Positions 38,737 to 52,599 of a DNA stretch of 64,000 nt are shown in pieces (within the stretch, counting starts at the first letter, position 1; each line of letters opens with the position of its first letter). The DNA is from Octopus sinensis (taxonomy: Eukaryota), in contig NC_043008.1 in assembly GCF_006345805.1 (NCBI RefSeq), positions 70,556,001 to 70,620,000 on the forward strand, in the 5' to 3' direction. The position numbers and the translations under genes were made by a program. Below the pieces are notes generated by a model. The model made no database searches. It was given only the letters and a program-made list of their open reading frames with translations, and was not told the DNA's origin.

Positions 38737-40478
38737 ATACTTCCGTAAAAATAAAGATTATTTAAACAACGTTGGAGTTGGTTTTATTATGGATCAAGGT
38801 GCAGCCTAACATCATACCAATAATTCACCACCAGTAAATTTTTCTCTATATTGGTGACCCGATGATAGAAAGTACAGCCAAATCAACAATCTGCTACTTT
38901 TAAACAAGCTGTCAACGATGACTTTCGGAGGCAGAGAAGTGACTTTGGTCAGTTTTAGGGAAAAGCACCCAGCCGAATTCATCACCTCAACCCAGCAGTT
39001 TCGCCACAGGATGAATGTATCAATGAAAAGGGCTGGAAAGGAATATAGTGATTTACGAATGAAAGAATATGAAAAAGAAAATGAAAACAACAAAAATACA
39101 CATTAGGATACATGGTTTAAATTCGGAACACGGAGATGGATGGCGGCATACATGAAGTTATATTGTATACAAAACAGCTGGTTGAACTACCAAAACATGG
39201 ATGCACGAAATAAACTCATGGCTACATGATAACAAAAATGTGTGCTTAAATAAGAGACGCTCAGAAGCATAAAATAAATAAAAAGCTACACAGGAAACAG
39301 AACAGACTAAAATTAATATATAAATGAGAGACTGTAACAAGACATGGGTAAATAAAATTTACAAATGCGCAATGCAAAACAAATGAAGGAAACATGTACA
39401 AAACATTAGTTTTAAATGAAACAGGGAGCATCGTAAAACAAAAAGGAACACGTTGACGTTAGCTAAACAATTATTTGCATAAAACACAGGTCACAAACAC
39501 ATGGAATAGATGCTTGGATAGCTATTAAATAAATATGTGGCTGAATAATATAAATACATGTTAACGTTGTTTAAATATGTAATAAGATGGAAGACACAGG
39601 ACGTACGTATGATGTAAATGAAGCATTGAAATGTTTACTGAAAATAAACATAACTATGATGCTAAACACACATGTTGTTTCTACTTCATGTAGGTATAGA
39701 TAAATGAGTAACTACATGAAGCAGAAAAAAAGTATAATTGGAAGTTCTTAAAAAAAGAAGAAAAGAAAAGAAAACAGGTAAATATAAAAAACGTATTGAA
39801 ATTTGGAGAAAACAAATCAAATTATTGAATATTCTGTATATATAGCCAAACATTCCTCACTCTTGAACTCTCTTCACTATAACTGTATTGCCATGGCTCT
39901 GAAGGAGATTCTATGCGTTCCCTGACCTGCTAGAAATAGCAGTTACATATATCATAAATCATCCCTACCAATCCTTCTTAGGAAAGGAATGTAATCCTTG
40001 ATATAGTACATCAGTGAAGGAGACAGGTGATCACGTTGAAATATCTTTGATCATGTACAATTCAGTTTAGAGTTCAGGTAGAGTAGAAAATGTAACTTCA
40101 ACAAGCTATAAGTTATCATTGAAAAAATAAACTGAAAATTTAACTTACTTTCTTCTTAAAATATCACTCTCTTTTCTTTCTGGCTTTTAAGTTATATATC
40201 TAAAGTTACCCACTTCTGGGCTCTTCGATTAACGAGTAAATATATTCTATATACTTTCGACGTCTATTATTAATGTGAACTGTAAAGTATCTGGTCTTTC
40301 CAGTTACATCTCTCGTCTCTTTAAATACAACTAGACTATTGTTGGCAGTTATTATATATTTAAATGGCAGTTATTATATATTATAAAAAGTTTAAACACA
40401 TTTGATGCTATGAAAATGATGAAAACATAATAACTAAATAAAAACAATAACGACAAAAACAGCAACTGCATTAATAAT

Positions 40479-40691
40479 GGCTTCAAATTTTGGCACAAGG
40501 CCAGCAAATTTAGGGGAGGGGTAAGTCGACTACATCGACCCCAGATTTTCACTGGTACTTATTTTATCGACCCCGAAAGGATGAAAGGCAAAGTCGACCT
40601 CGGCGGAATTCGAACCATTAATGTTAAGACGGACTAAATGCCGCTAAGCATTTTATCCGGCGTCCTAGCGATTCAGCAAGTTCGCTGCCTT
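40479..40691 (-). mobile_element. SINE family A, about 50 nt downstream of the Ig exon donor
   Basis: Full-length reverse copy. Confidence 0.87.
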
Positions 40692-40742
40692 AGCAACCGC
40701 AATAATATTAACGATAACAATAAGCAAAGTGCTCCAACATAC

Positions 40743-41030
40743 CGTAAAGTACCATCGTCTCTCTGTCTCTTCCGAGGTGATTCGATGCTAGACAAGTATA
40801 TTCTCCAAAATCACTTGCCTTAATTTGAGTTATTCGTAGACTTAGAGTTATAGTATGTCCTCCTTCATTAAAAACTTCAATGCTGTATTTTTCATTGTTA
40901 AAAAGTTCTTTTCCGTTTCGCATCCATACTGTCACACCCTGCGGTGAAGCAGTAATTCGACAATCTAAAATAGTTTCTCGCCCACTAACTTGACCAATTC
41001 GTTTATTCCGTAACTGTACCTCTGGTGCAA
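40743..41030 (-). CDS. Internal exon (phase 1/1) encoding a complete Ig I-set domain of the same gene
   Basis: Acceptor TTTTTTCCAG (AG at 41032-41031) and donor GTATGT at 40742-40737. 288 nt. Splices in frame to the upstream exon (T+TT=F): F-APEVQLRNKRIGQVSGRETILDCRITASPQGVTVWMRNGKELFNNEKYSIEVFNEGGHTITLSLRITQIKASDFGEYTCLASNHLGRDRETMVLY. Canonical Ig Cys-Trp-Cys and D-F-G-E-Y-T-C present. Confidence 0.95.
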
Positions 41031-43164
41031 CTGGAAAAAAAGGATACAACGGAAGTTTCAAACAATGTAAACACTATGAATCACGTTAAAAGATTATACT
41101 AACAAGTTCAGCACTATCAACTGGTCCTTCGATGAATTTAGTGGGGTTCATTGTGTTGCAAGCATCCACATCAGACAAACGGTTCTTTCTTTACTAAAGA
41201 CTTTCCTGGATACAATGAACAGGTAATCGGCAGCATAAATCCCACCATTTTGTGAGAATCTGAACAGGCCTTTCTTTGATAACTTAGAAACATATACTGC
41301 ATCAGTTGCCTTAAATTTATGATTTACGTTGGCAAAATGCCAAACATTTCTAGGGAAATGACCTCAATACATAACCAAAATATACATGTATATATTTTAT
41401 TCATTTAGAACTGGGAGGTGAATGTGTGGAAGCACGTGCTTTGTGTTTTCTGTTTTGTTATGTGCTTTGTGTTTTGTGTTATCATACTGAGTTGTGATGG
41501 TGCATAATATGTACCATCGGAAATGTAAGTATTCCGAAGAAATTCTTTAGAATTTATATAAATTACAAGTTATTCGATAGTATTGGTAAGTTATTGAGTA
41601 GAATCTGTGACGTGTGCATTGCGTTATTGTTTTATCAGGCTATGATCACAATATATCGTATGTGAATTGTGTAATATACTCAGTGAAGTGACTGTACAAA
41701 TTGTGTGTTGTGTGAGTTTTGCTATATCATTGAAAAGGGATTGTGAGTGGTGTTACAGGAACTTGGGAGATGATTGTGTAAGATATTTGTAGTGATAGCT
41801 GTGTTGTACAACATTGGATAACACACGTTATGTACTATATGACTTGTGTTATATGAGTTGGTGGTGGGATGTATAGAACATGTGATGTGACTGTTGTAAT
41901 ATAAAGTACGCTATACAAACATTACAATTTACACAGTGATGTGTGAGTTGTAATGTTTGTGTAGAATATGCAAGTCGTATTTTTCTGCTTTAGGTGAACG
42001 AGCACATTATGTTGCGTGAATTATGTAATAGTATCCTCATTTTTCTTGTTTATTGATTTGTTCTGAAGTAAGTAGTGTGTTCACTACGTTCCCAGGAAGA
42101 CTGGCTGGTTCAATACCATTAACATTGACCTTTAACGCTTTCAAGTTAGCTGTTGTTAGGAAAGCATAACAAAACGGAAAAGCTAGTGAGAGCCACGTTC
42201 ATTGTGGACTGTATGTAGTGGTTAGTGCGTGACAATATGGAGGGGATTAGGAGGTGAGGTGTAGAATATAATTACATGAGTTATGTTATTGTAATGAGGC
42301 TGTGCTATTTTATTGAGTGGTAGAGCAGGTGAAAAATGATATTTTTCTCAAGAAGAAAACGTTCAGGTATAATACACTAATTCGCCAGTGCAACTGCTGA
42401 CGGAGGCTGTAGTTTCTTCAACTTGAGGAGGCCCTGGTTCATAACAACTGGAGGTGTTGTTTGCAGATGACTATGTTCTTATCGAGTACCATAATCTTTG
42501 ATATATTAGTACAGATATTGGTTCACAGCTACTCGGGTTTAATATAATTACCAAGGCTACCAAAACTGCGTACCAGCCAACCAACCAATCAATCAAGTAG
42601 ACTTTCATAAGGAGTATACGGCGCATACAAAGATGCGTCTAAAGATCAGACTCTGCTAAATCTCAAAGGTTGATATTCCTTGGTGTCACGTCCCCAGAAG
42701 TTGTTCAGGTCGAATATTCAAGTCAACAACATAATTTTCAAGGACAAGCATCGAAACCAAGCTGGTACCGGTGAGTTGCGATATACTTAATTAGGCATAC
42801 CACGAAAGATCGGTGCAACATACGGCGAGTTCATTTGCAGAACATTATCTCAGATATTGAAGTCTGTAACCGGGTAGTATTATAGAGCTTTCACATTCTC
42901 CTTGTAGCACCCAGTTCTGCTGGGTCGGCCAAATTGCCAGAATGGATGACAAATGAGTTGTTGGCTGTGTGTTTGTGTGTAAACTTTAGGGTGGTAGGTA
43001 GCACAAACTCTGCAAACATACTTTCAGTTTCTCTTTAAGGACACCAGCATTAAAGTAGAATAATAAGAGTGACTTGCTGCAGAGAAATCTACTTGGACCT
43101 TATGGTGCCATTCATCAATAAAGGTACTAGTGGTCTGAACAAGGCAGGAGGCACATTGGGTAAA

Positions 43165-43246
<82 letters not shown>

Positions 43247-43369
43247 GAGAAATGCCAGATCTAGTGGAACAGAAGGAAACTTCTCGGCGTAGGCATGTCC
43301 CTGTAAATACCAGTATCATTATACACGTGGACTGATGAACGAAGATACGTAAAAAAGAATCATACTTAC

Positions 43370-43498
43370 AATCGACGGAAACTTTTATTTTTCGACTAAC
43401 AACGGGTGGAATACCATTTTTGGCTACACATTCATACACATCATCACAATATCGGCTGACATTATGGATTACTAAAACTTCTCCTTGTTGTCCGATTC
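43370..43498 (-). CDS. Internal exon (phase 1/1) of a Lachesin/DIP/IgLON-like Ig-domain cell-adhesion gene; C-terminal half of an Ig domain
   Basis: Acceptor TTTGCTTTTCAG (AG at 43500-43499) and donor GTAAGT at 43369-43364. 129 nt encoding xGA-IGQQGEVLVIHNVSRYCDDVYECVAKNGIPPVVSRKIKVSVD-T, with the Ig F-strand motif D-x-Y-x-C and the Lachesin-like NGIPP..S..I.V.VDF pattern. Confidence 0.93.
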
Positions 43499-43789
43499 CT
43501 GAAAAGCAAACAGAGAACAGACCTCATTATATAATATCTTAAAAGAAAGTGATTTGCTAGCGAGCAAGTTGACTGTTCATTTTATAGAAGATGGGAAAAC
43601 TAATTAAAACTATTACTATTTACGCTATTGTTGCTTTGTTTTATAGGAGCAGTTCCAGATTTCACCCAGAGATTTCAAGTTACAGAAAGTAGAACGTTTT
43701 ACTATGGATGTTATTTATGATTACCAATGATATAGTATATCTGAAATTTCAGTTTTGATAGAGTTTTAAGAGAATCAAGTGTTTTCAGG

Positions 43790-44375
43790 TCCATAATGTT
43801 TATCTTAGGATGTGGTTAGTACCCATGAAAAAATGTTTTGTAGTTCTGATGCATTTTGTTATCGTACAACTGTTGTTATGTTTGAGAGACCTCTATTTCA
43901 ATATCCTTACATTTTCTTATTTTTTCCAGAAGTGTTGCAATCTGCCAGAATTGACACATCTATGTGCAGACATGTTTTGTCAAAGTGATTTGTTTTACCA
44001 CAATATCTTGTTTATTGAACCGTATAGCACGATGAGTATGGATACCAAAGCCCCAAAGAATGGTGGTATCTTTATTTTCCACTATTTTGCAAGGCTTATG
44101 TTCTTACCAGTTCTCATACGACAGTCCAAACTTATGGTATATGAGCTAGTATATATACTGACCAAATCTATCATAGAGAAAAATTTATTCATTTGAGTCC
44201 AGCGTAGAGCTACCAGAAATAAGGTGCTCAATTGTTTCCTTGGTTGCACCACAAAAGCAGCAGGTAGGGTGTGCACCATTTTTAAGGACGCTTGCCTGAT
44301 AGTTTCTGATGGGCAGACATTGATCCAGGGTGGCTCTCATGAAGTCCTCTGTTTAAGTCCATATGCAGTCAACCA
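43790..44375 (-). mobile_element. Degenerate R4/Dong-like LINE 3' fragment
   Basis: Minus-strand translation QWLTAYGLK..LDQCLPIRNYQASVLKNGAHPTCCFCGATKETIEHLISG..EHKPCKIVENKDTTILWGF. Confidence 0.75.
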
Positions 44376-44459
44376 TTGATGAGTCACATCTATATCTTCT
44401 TCTTCTTCTTCTTCTTCTTCTTCTTCTTCTTCTCTTCTTCTTCTTCTTCTTCTTCTCTT

Positions 44460-44523
<64 letters not shown>

Positions 44524-44524
<1 letters not shown>

Positions 44525-44721
44525 GCGAGTTGACAGAATAGTTAGTCCGATGGGCAGAATGCTTTGCAGCATTTCGCCCGTCTTTACATTCTGACTTCAA
44601 ATGCCACCGGGGTCGACTTTGCCTTTGATCCTTTCGGGGTCGGTAAAATAAGTACCAGTTGGACACTGGGGTAAATGTAATTGGCTTAACGGTTCCTCGA
44701 AATAGTTAGCCTTGTGCCAAA

Positions 44722-44722
<1 letters not shown>
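44524..44722 (+). mobile_element. SINE family A
   Basis: Core GGGGTCGACTTTGCCTTTGATCCTTTCGGGGTCGG; (ATT)n tail. Confidence 0.82.
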
Positions 44723-44784
<62 letters not shown>

Positions 44785-44989
44785 TGTACGTGAAAAGTAA
44801 AGACACATGGTCGAAAACTGCAGGTACCTGTTAAACTTTTGCTGTTACAAAGGGTGTACTCATATTTTTTTGTTGTACCATATTGTTAGTCAGTCAACTA
44901 GAAAACTTGTGTGAAGTTATTTTCATTTAATTTCAGCCCTTCGAGTTCACAATTTGTATTTCACTAACAAAATATACAATATTTTAAAT

Positions 44990-46260
44990 ACAAACGAAAC
45001 ATGGCGTCTAATTTTTCGACAGACAGCTTTCTTACAGTTAACACAAACGAACACCGCCAGCGCTGCCATAGCCAGTGCCGACCGAAACAACAACACGAAC
45101 AACAAGATGACGATGATGACGATGACAAGAGCAAGGGCAACAACGACAATAGCAACAACAAGGCAAATGAAAAAAATACATAAAGACAACAACAGTTACA
45201 AATACAAGAATAAAGAAAATGTAAAAGAAGACATGAACACAAATCTAAACTATCTGACCAACACACCGGAAATTTCCTCACTGCCGTCACCACCAGAAGG
45301 AAAGAAGATACGTCACCGTCTTCGTTAATACTGCTGGCTGAGTGCAAGAAGAAATCACAATTTCGGCGGACGAATTGAAAGAAGCTAATCATATAAAAAC
45401 AAAAAGGACGAGAGATATCCTCGTCTCCGTCCAATAGAATATAAAATCGAAAACAATCACATAAAACAATAGGAATAAAAGTCAAGAAAATAGAAGAGAC
45501 GGCGAACAAGAAACAGAAAAATGTTTTAGATCTGCCTGGAGTATCAAAACATACATTACAAGAAGAAAGTATGACTTAGTCGTGAAGAGATTTCCAACAG
45601 AAGAAGAGGCCAGAAAACACTTTATGACAACACTAAGGATTGAGGAACTGCTACTCATATCAGTCTAGTTAACATCCTGAGAATTGAGGAAATCGGTTAG
45701 TGGCGACGATTTTCTTTGGCAAAGAAAAGATCACCAATATTCTGCAGATACAGAGGCTGCAGAAACAGAATTAGTCGAATCAAGAAATGGAAATGCTAAC
45801 ACAAACGAACAACAAGGGATGGATTTGATCCTGGACCTGATTAGTGTACCAACTTGTTCACAACTATATGCGGCCGTTGAAGGTAGGAAACCGAGATGTC
45901 ATTTGTGTGGCGACACAAACCACCTGAATATGTTTTGGCCAAAACAAAAAGTGAGAAACAAGATTACTATTTCTGCCCACACTACCATCACAACAGAAAA
46001 ACACCGAGGAACTTAGTAGTAGCACCAACGGCAGAAGCAGCTACAACAAGAACAGCAATTGCAACATTAAAGCCAGTAATCACCAACGTAACAGCTACAG
46101 TAACAACGACACAAAAATCACCAACAATGGAAGCAACTGTAACAAAAACAACAAAAACACACTGCCCTCAACAACAACCACAACACCACCGACTACAGTT
46201 ACTGAGAGCTCCCAAACAGCAACAACGAAGTAGAAAGACAATGCTCCCTTAAGACATACC
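44990..46260 (+). mobile_element. Degenerate gag-like/ORF1 remnant of a LINE
   Basis: N/T-rich low-complexity N-terminus and VEGRKPRCHLCGDTNHL (eroded zinc knuckle; compare EGRIPRCFKC at 10720), followed by a T/P-rich tail. Confidence 0.55.
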
Positions 46261-46809
46261 CTTCCCCCAACTAGGATAACTCAGGCATGTCGTGTGAGTA
46301 AGGAGGGCAAAAAGTAAAGAAAAGAGAGAGAGGAATGCCATAAAAAATGTAGGGTGGTTCAAACGAATAGAGCCTCTCAATAACAAAATATACTAACACC
46401 ATCTCCAACGACAACACCAACACTACCAACACCATCATTAGAATCACAACCATCACAGCTACTGTTATCTGAGATGAACCAACAGTACAAACACCGGCAA
46501 ACTCCACCATGCTCACAAACCAAAAACAAACACGTCAATATCAACGTTTCACAAATGTCCTTACCATAGACACAAACAGCAGACTTCTAATTGAGCACAT
46601 AAATAACCACACACATATCACTTACAACAATTTCATCACACCAACAAACACCACAACGCACATAAAGAAACCCATACACTGTGTATGTGTGTGTGTGTGT
46701 GTGCTTGTGTGCGTGTGTGTGTGTGCGTGCTTGTGTGTATGCTTGCGCGTGTGTGTGGTAATGTGTGTGCAAATCTTCAGGTTTGGATGGTGCGCTCAAC
46801 AAGATTTAA

Positions 46810-48750
46810 TTTTATATGCCAACTTCACTGGGGGCCTTTTGGCAGGTATCAAGCACAAGTGGCGGCGGGAGAACGAGAGAATTCCTAATTTTGTGACTCG
46901 AAGAGCAGTAGCACTGCTGAGAAAGGACTCAATCAAGGGTGGTTAAATATAAAACTTTAAGTCCATAACTTATAAACACAAATTTCGACATTTTGACCAA
47001 GTTGATAGCGAAGACGTGGGCGCTTGACGTTGATGGTCTAATTGATGATGCACAAACAAGCACCATCCCAAGCAGCTCTATCCATCACGTGTGATATATC
47101 ATAGAGAGTGTGGGTAAAGAAGCTGGAAGGGGTGGGGCATGGTTAATGTGGACCTGTCAAAATTCTTCAATAAGGTCGCGCACCAATACTTGGTAGCTAT
47201 CCTTACGCCGGCCGATTTCAGTGACTTCTTCCACAGTTGGCTTGCCACAATGTACAGAGACAATTGTTCGGTAGTTTGGGGGAACAGTTACCTATCGGAA
47301 CCATCGAGTATCATTCGCTCGGTCCACGAAGGTGCATCCCACGTATAATTGGATGGCAGGAACTGAGTCGGTATATGCATATGACGTTACAGTCATAGTG
47401 TCGAACACCAGGCTCATAGACCTGATTAACATTGCTCTAAAATAGTACGACGCGGTGACAGGAGAATAAATTAACTATAAGGTAGTTGGCCTGCATCTTG
47501 GTACCTGGAAAGGTAGGTCCATCCGGTTTAATAATGTCGAGAGACTCTGCTCGGAATCTGTTGTGATCCAGATCTCCAGGTGAAGAACTGGGACGAGGTG
47601 ACGAGCAGGGTGGCCAAGATCACCTTCAGAGGGGACAGAAAAAGCTATCATGACGGGCTGGGCAGATCTGATGAATGCAAACATAGTCTCTATTAGATAT
47701 CATCACCTGAACATCGTGCCTTTTCCTATTTCATGTCTGACGGGACTGGAGCATATATGCTTCCGCTTTTTGTGAATGGAGCACGTTCCACTGGTCAGGA
47801 GATCCATTTGTTGTCAACACTCACTGAATGGAGGAACGAGCGCAGACATACGCTGAGGTTACGACACATTCAGCGTGTTCTTGGTGGTGAGCAGGTGTAG
47901 TCACCATTGGCACCTAGAGTACTGTCAGGCGCTCACAGTCCTCTGTCAGTCGAGCAATGTGGACAGTGGAAGTTCCGCATTGGCGCTGTGTAATGGTTTA
48001 GTGGTAGACAAAAGCGATGATGTTCTTGGGGAGATCCTGGACGTTGACAAGGATCAACTAGCTGATCTTTTTCGAAGGATTTTCATGCTGAGATCCATGG
48101 ATAATCTCAAAAAATTCGTTGCCTAGCAATGATACTGGGGCGAGTTCCCTATTCGAGATAAACTCTACAGGCATGCAAATGCTGTCAGTCGGGGCCATGA
48201 GAGATGCGCGCCGAGCGACGAAACTTTTCTGCACGCACTTGCCCAATGCCCAAGAATTGCTGATTAGTGTGCCAATGGGCTTAAGTCAAACACTAGCTGT
48301 TGCATGTTGGACGGATCCGGCTATCAATCGAGTCCATTGTAAAGATTATCCTGCCGCCTTCTAAGCGGAGAAGGTCATGCAGCGTTTATCCGTCTGGTGG
48401 TCTTAACGAAAGACGTTGTCTGGTGGACAGGATTGAAATGGCTGAAGTTTAACACATTCCTCCTTGGAAAAAGAAAACTGAGGCTGGAGAGGAAAGTTCT
48501 CTTTTTCCAGCAAATTTATTGAATGATGGGTGAATTTGGCAAGAATATTCCGAGTGAACGGGCTTACTCTAAGCGTGCGCCTATACACTGAAGAAAGAGG
48601 ATGAGTAGAAGGCACATGCCCTAGTGCTCAGGGAAACAGGGGATTTGTTGGCTTTCCATGAGTAGCTTTAGGAAGTCTTCCTCTTCCTAGGGAATTAATC
48701 CAATTTTACACGCTCCAAAATATAATTCCACATTGTTTTTGTGAACCTTT
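46810..48750 (+). mobile_element. Tx1-like LINE ORF2 3' half (RT to C-terminus), heavily mutated
   Basis: VALLRKD, GGALVNVDLSKFFNKVAHQYL, KNWDEV..KIT, C-terminal WVNLARIFRVNG. Homologous to 22850-25452. Confidence 0.85.
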
Positions 48751-48754
48751 TAAT

Positions 48755-49493
48755 GGTTAGCACACCCAACAAATTGCTTAGCAGAATTTCGTCCGTCTTT
48801 ACATTCTGAGTTCAAATTTCATCGAGATAAATTTTGTCTTTCATCCTTTCGGAATAGGTAAAATAGGAACCCATTTAGTTCTGGGATTGATGAAATCAAC
48901 TAGCCCCCTCCTACAAAATTTCAGGATTTGTGCCTATAGTAAAAAGAATTATTATTATTGCTGACAGAATCGTTAGCACGCCGAGCAAAGTTCTTAACAT
49001 TTCGTCCGTCTTTACGTTTTGACTTAAAATCCCGCCGAGGTCGATTCTACCCTTCAGCTTTTCGGAGTCGATAAAATAAATACCAGCTGATCACTGGTGT
49101 CAATGTAATCGACTTACCCTACTTCCCTGAAATTCCTGGCCCTGTGCCAAAATTTGAAGCCATTCTTCTTCTTCTTCTTCTTCTTCTTCTTCTTCTTCTT
49201 CTTCTTCTTCTTCTTCTTCTTCTTCTTCTTCTTCTTCTTCTTCTTCTTCTATTTTTTCTTCTTCTTCTTCTCCTTTTACTTCTTCTTCTCATTATTAGGG
49301 AGCGAGCTGGCAGAATCGTTAGCACACTGGACGAAATGCTTAGAGGTATTTCGTTGTGAGTTCAACTTCCACCGCAGTTGACTTTACTTTTCATCGTTTC
49401 GGGGTAGATAAATTAAGTACCAGTTGAGTACTGGAGTCGATGTAGTCGACTATCCCCTCCCCCAAATTTCAGGCCTTGTACCTATAGTACAAG
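48755..49493 (+). mobile_element. Three same-strand SINE family A copies (48755-48950, 48960-49161, 49297-49493)
   Basis: Repeated family A cores separated by (ATT) and (TTC)n tracts. Confidence 0.82.
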
Positions 49494-49494
49494 A

Positions 49495-50060
49495 CCTGTA
49501 CTATAGCAGTGCATGCCATCAGGCGTTGTACCTATAGCAGTGCATGTCATCAAAGTGACATTGAGGTAAAATATACAAAGCCCAGTATACTCATTATGAA
49601 TACACGTCTGATAAGGGTACACCAGGCACATGCTTCACAATAATATGTGCGTGACATGGTGATCTCATATCAAGATAAACAGCGATTGATCTTGCAGGTG
49701 GGGCCCAGTTAGAAATTTCTTTAGGTCGAGTAGACCATCTCACTCAAAAGGTCACTGAATAAGGGTTGTTCAAGGATGTTGAACGAACCACCCATATTTC
49801 CAAACGTGAATGATCGAAACCCCAAGAATTTCTCACAACACATGACTATGATGCTCCCCCACTACTTCTGCTCGTGATCAGAGATGCACATATCGTCAGC
49901 CACTAAGGGAGATACTCAACTGGTTAAGGCCAAACAATTGACTAGCAAATATGTGGTATTGAGCAGAATATTTGCTGTAGCCTATCTTTTATACCAAGAC
50001 AAAATAATGTACATGTTAACATTTCCAATCAGTTAAGATAAGAAAGCATGAGAGCCACTG
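49495..50060. mobile_element. Unclassified interspersed repeat (partial second copy at about 52035-52205)
   Basis: AAACCCCAA..CAACACATG..TGATCAGAGATGCACATAT.GTCAGCCACTAAG..GTGGTATTGAGCAGAA is shared by both loci. Confidence 0.6.
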
Positions 50061-50092
50061 CATCAGGAAATTATTACTATTATCATCATCAT

Positions 50093-50485
50093 AAGGCTGC
50101 GAGCTGGCAGAAAAGTTTGCACGCCGGGCGAAATGCGTAGCCGTATTTCGTCTGCCGTTACGTTCCGAGTTCAAATTCCGCCGAGGTCGACTATGCCTTT
50201 CATCCTTTCGGGGCCGATAAATTAAGTACCATTTACGCACTGGGGTTGATATAATCGACTGAATCCGTCTGTCTGTCCTTGTCTGTCTCTGTGTTTAGCC
50301 CCTTGTGGGTAGTAAAGAAATAGGTATTTCGTCTACCCCTACAGTCTGAGTTGGAATTCCGCCGAGGTCGACTTTGCCTTTTATCCTTCGGAGTCAATTA
50401 AATAAGAATCAGTTACGCACTGGGGTATATGTAATCGACGCAATCCCTTTCCCAAAATTTGAGGCCTTGTGCTTCCAGTAGAAAA

Positions 50486-50566
<81 letters not shown>

Positions 50567-50777
50567 CATCATCATCATTATTAGGCGGTGAGCTGGTAGA
50601 ATCGTTAGCGCGCCGGACGAAATGATTAGCGGTATCTCGCCCGTCTCTACGTTCTGAGTTCAAATTCTGCCGTGGTCGACTTTACCTTTCATCTTTTCGG
50701 GGTCGATAAAATAAGTGCCATATAATCGACTCGTCCTCTCTCCACAAAACTGCTGTACTTGTGGCAAAATTTGATAC
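50093..50777 (+). mobile_element. SINE family A dimer (50093-50485) and monomer (50583-50777)
   Basis: Dimer junction AAAGAAATAGGTATTTCGTC at 50314-50333. Confidence 0.85.
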
Positions 50778-50797
50778 GTTTATTATTATTATTATTG

Positions 50798-50873
<76 letters not shown>

Positions 50874-52599
50874 CAACTGAATCGTTTAGATGCTAAAATA
50901 TTTTGCTATAAATTTTGTCGATTTTTTTCAAGTGTAATTGGAAGATCAATAAAAAACCGCAAAAATGCAAAATAACAATAGAAATAAAAAAAGGAAACAA
51001 AATGTAAAATAAAGTATTAATGAACACAAAAACATATGGAAAAAAAATTCAATAAAAATTAATATCTCCGCAAAGACAATAGCAGATATAGATGTGCTTC
51101 GTTAATTGAAAATGTGGAAACTAAAACACTTTCTTTTGTAAACATTGTTTTGAATAATAAAAGACATCCCATGAGATATGTAACATTCTTCTAAACGAAA
51201 AATGATCGGTAGCATTTCGTTCCCAAGACAGGTACCAGCCAGCCATAATCCATCGCAGAGGTGTACCAGAACTAAAAAGCAGCCTTCGTATGCTTTGTCA
51301 ACATCAAATGGCTTTTCTTGTTCCATTCAAACATGAGCTGGATATAGGCCTTTCAAACACATGTAATGAATTTTCCTTCACTGAGAGAGGGAGTGTGTAT
51401 GGCACCTTATGTATCATATTTAAAATAGAGAACAGACTAAAGTGCATCCAATTGGTAACCTGGATCCGTAGTATTTGGAAAGGATGAGCATAAGGGTGAT
51501 ATTAGGGATATTGGTACCGATGTTGACCCTGACAATTAGTCACTTTCGTGGAAATGCAAATGTAATTTTCGATGGGCTGATAGTGTTACTATAAACATAT
51601 ATATTTTCATGATGCTGCAAGACTACAAAAAAATTACTGGAGGTGTACCCTGTAAAGGGTGCAGAGAGGAAGGCCTTTAAACCAAATATTAAGAGAAATA
51701 GATCCAGCTGCTACATTTGTAACAGTAAATCCGTTTAAGGGTTTTCTAAACAGAACTTTTAAAGGGAGAAAACTACAGCACTAATAATCATAGAGTTTGG
51801 GGGCACAAGAAACATCAAATGAAATTGCCTTGTTCTAATTGTCAGGACCTAAGCCTTAAGATCCCGTTCCCGCCCCTGCTTCAACCGAGTCACCATGAAA
51901 ATCATCTACAGCAACACCAATAACACTGTGTTACAAGATTTTTGTCCTTGGGTAGCAACTGTTTTTCCTATTTGCTTACCCCTAAAAAGTATGAAAAATG
52001 GCTAATATTTCCTTCAATCTTTGCCTTTGTTACATTTATTCAAACCCCAAAGAATCCCTCTCAACACATGGCTGTGATGCATCTCCGCTACTCCTGCTCA
52101 TGATCAGAGATGCACATATTGTCAGCCACTAAGAGATGTGCTCAAGTGATTAAGGTCAAGCAATTGACAAGTAAATCTGTGGTATTGAGCAGAACATATG
52201 CTATAACGTGATTTCTGCTTCGGCAACTCAGCACTGGATTTGTATAGAATGTAATGGGAAATAGGTCTGTTTCAAAACATTGATGTCCAGGTTACAAAGG
52301 CAAAGTTTGAAGAGAATAGAAGCCATTTTCCTTGATTTCTAGATAGAAGCAAATAGGAAATAACACTTACTGACCAAAGACAAAAATAAATAGAGAGATG
52401 AATAAATAAAAATTCTGTTACACAGTATATTAAGATCTAAATCACCAGAAAGTCTCTCCCTCACAACAGCACAATCTATTCCACTTATGAGTTTGGGAAC
52501 AAACAAAGGCTGAAAGAGTCTAGCAAATTTGTTAAAAAACGATAAAACACCAAATAAACCAACAGAAAGGCAATAAAATGTGCGAGCATAGGAGTACAT

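Noticed and set aside
51102-51326. Minus-strand ORF considered as an upstream Ig exon (also 60518-60706 and 62971-63366)
   Set aside because: No Ig motifs or compatible splice sites; the 5' exons appear to lie outside the window or were not recognised.
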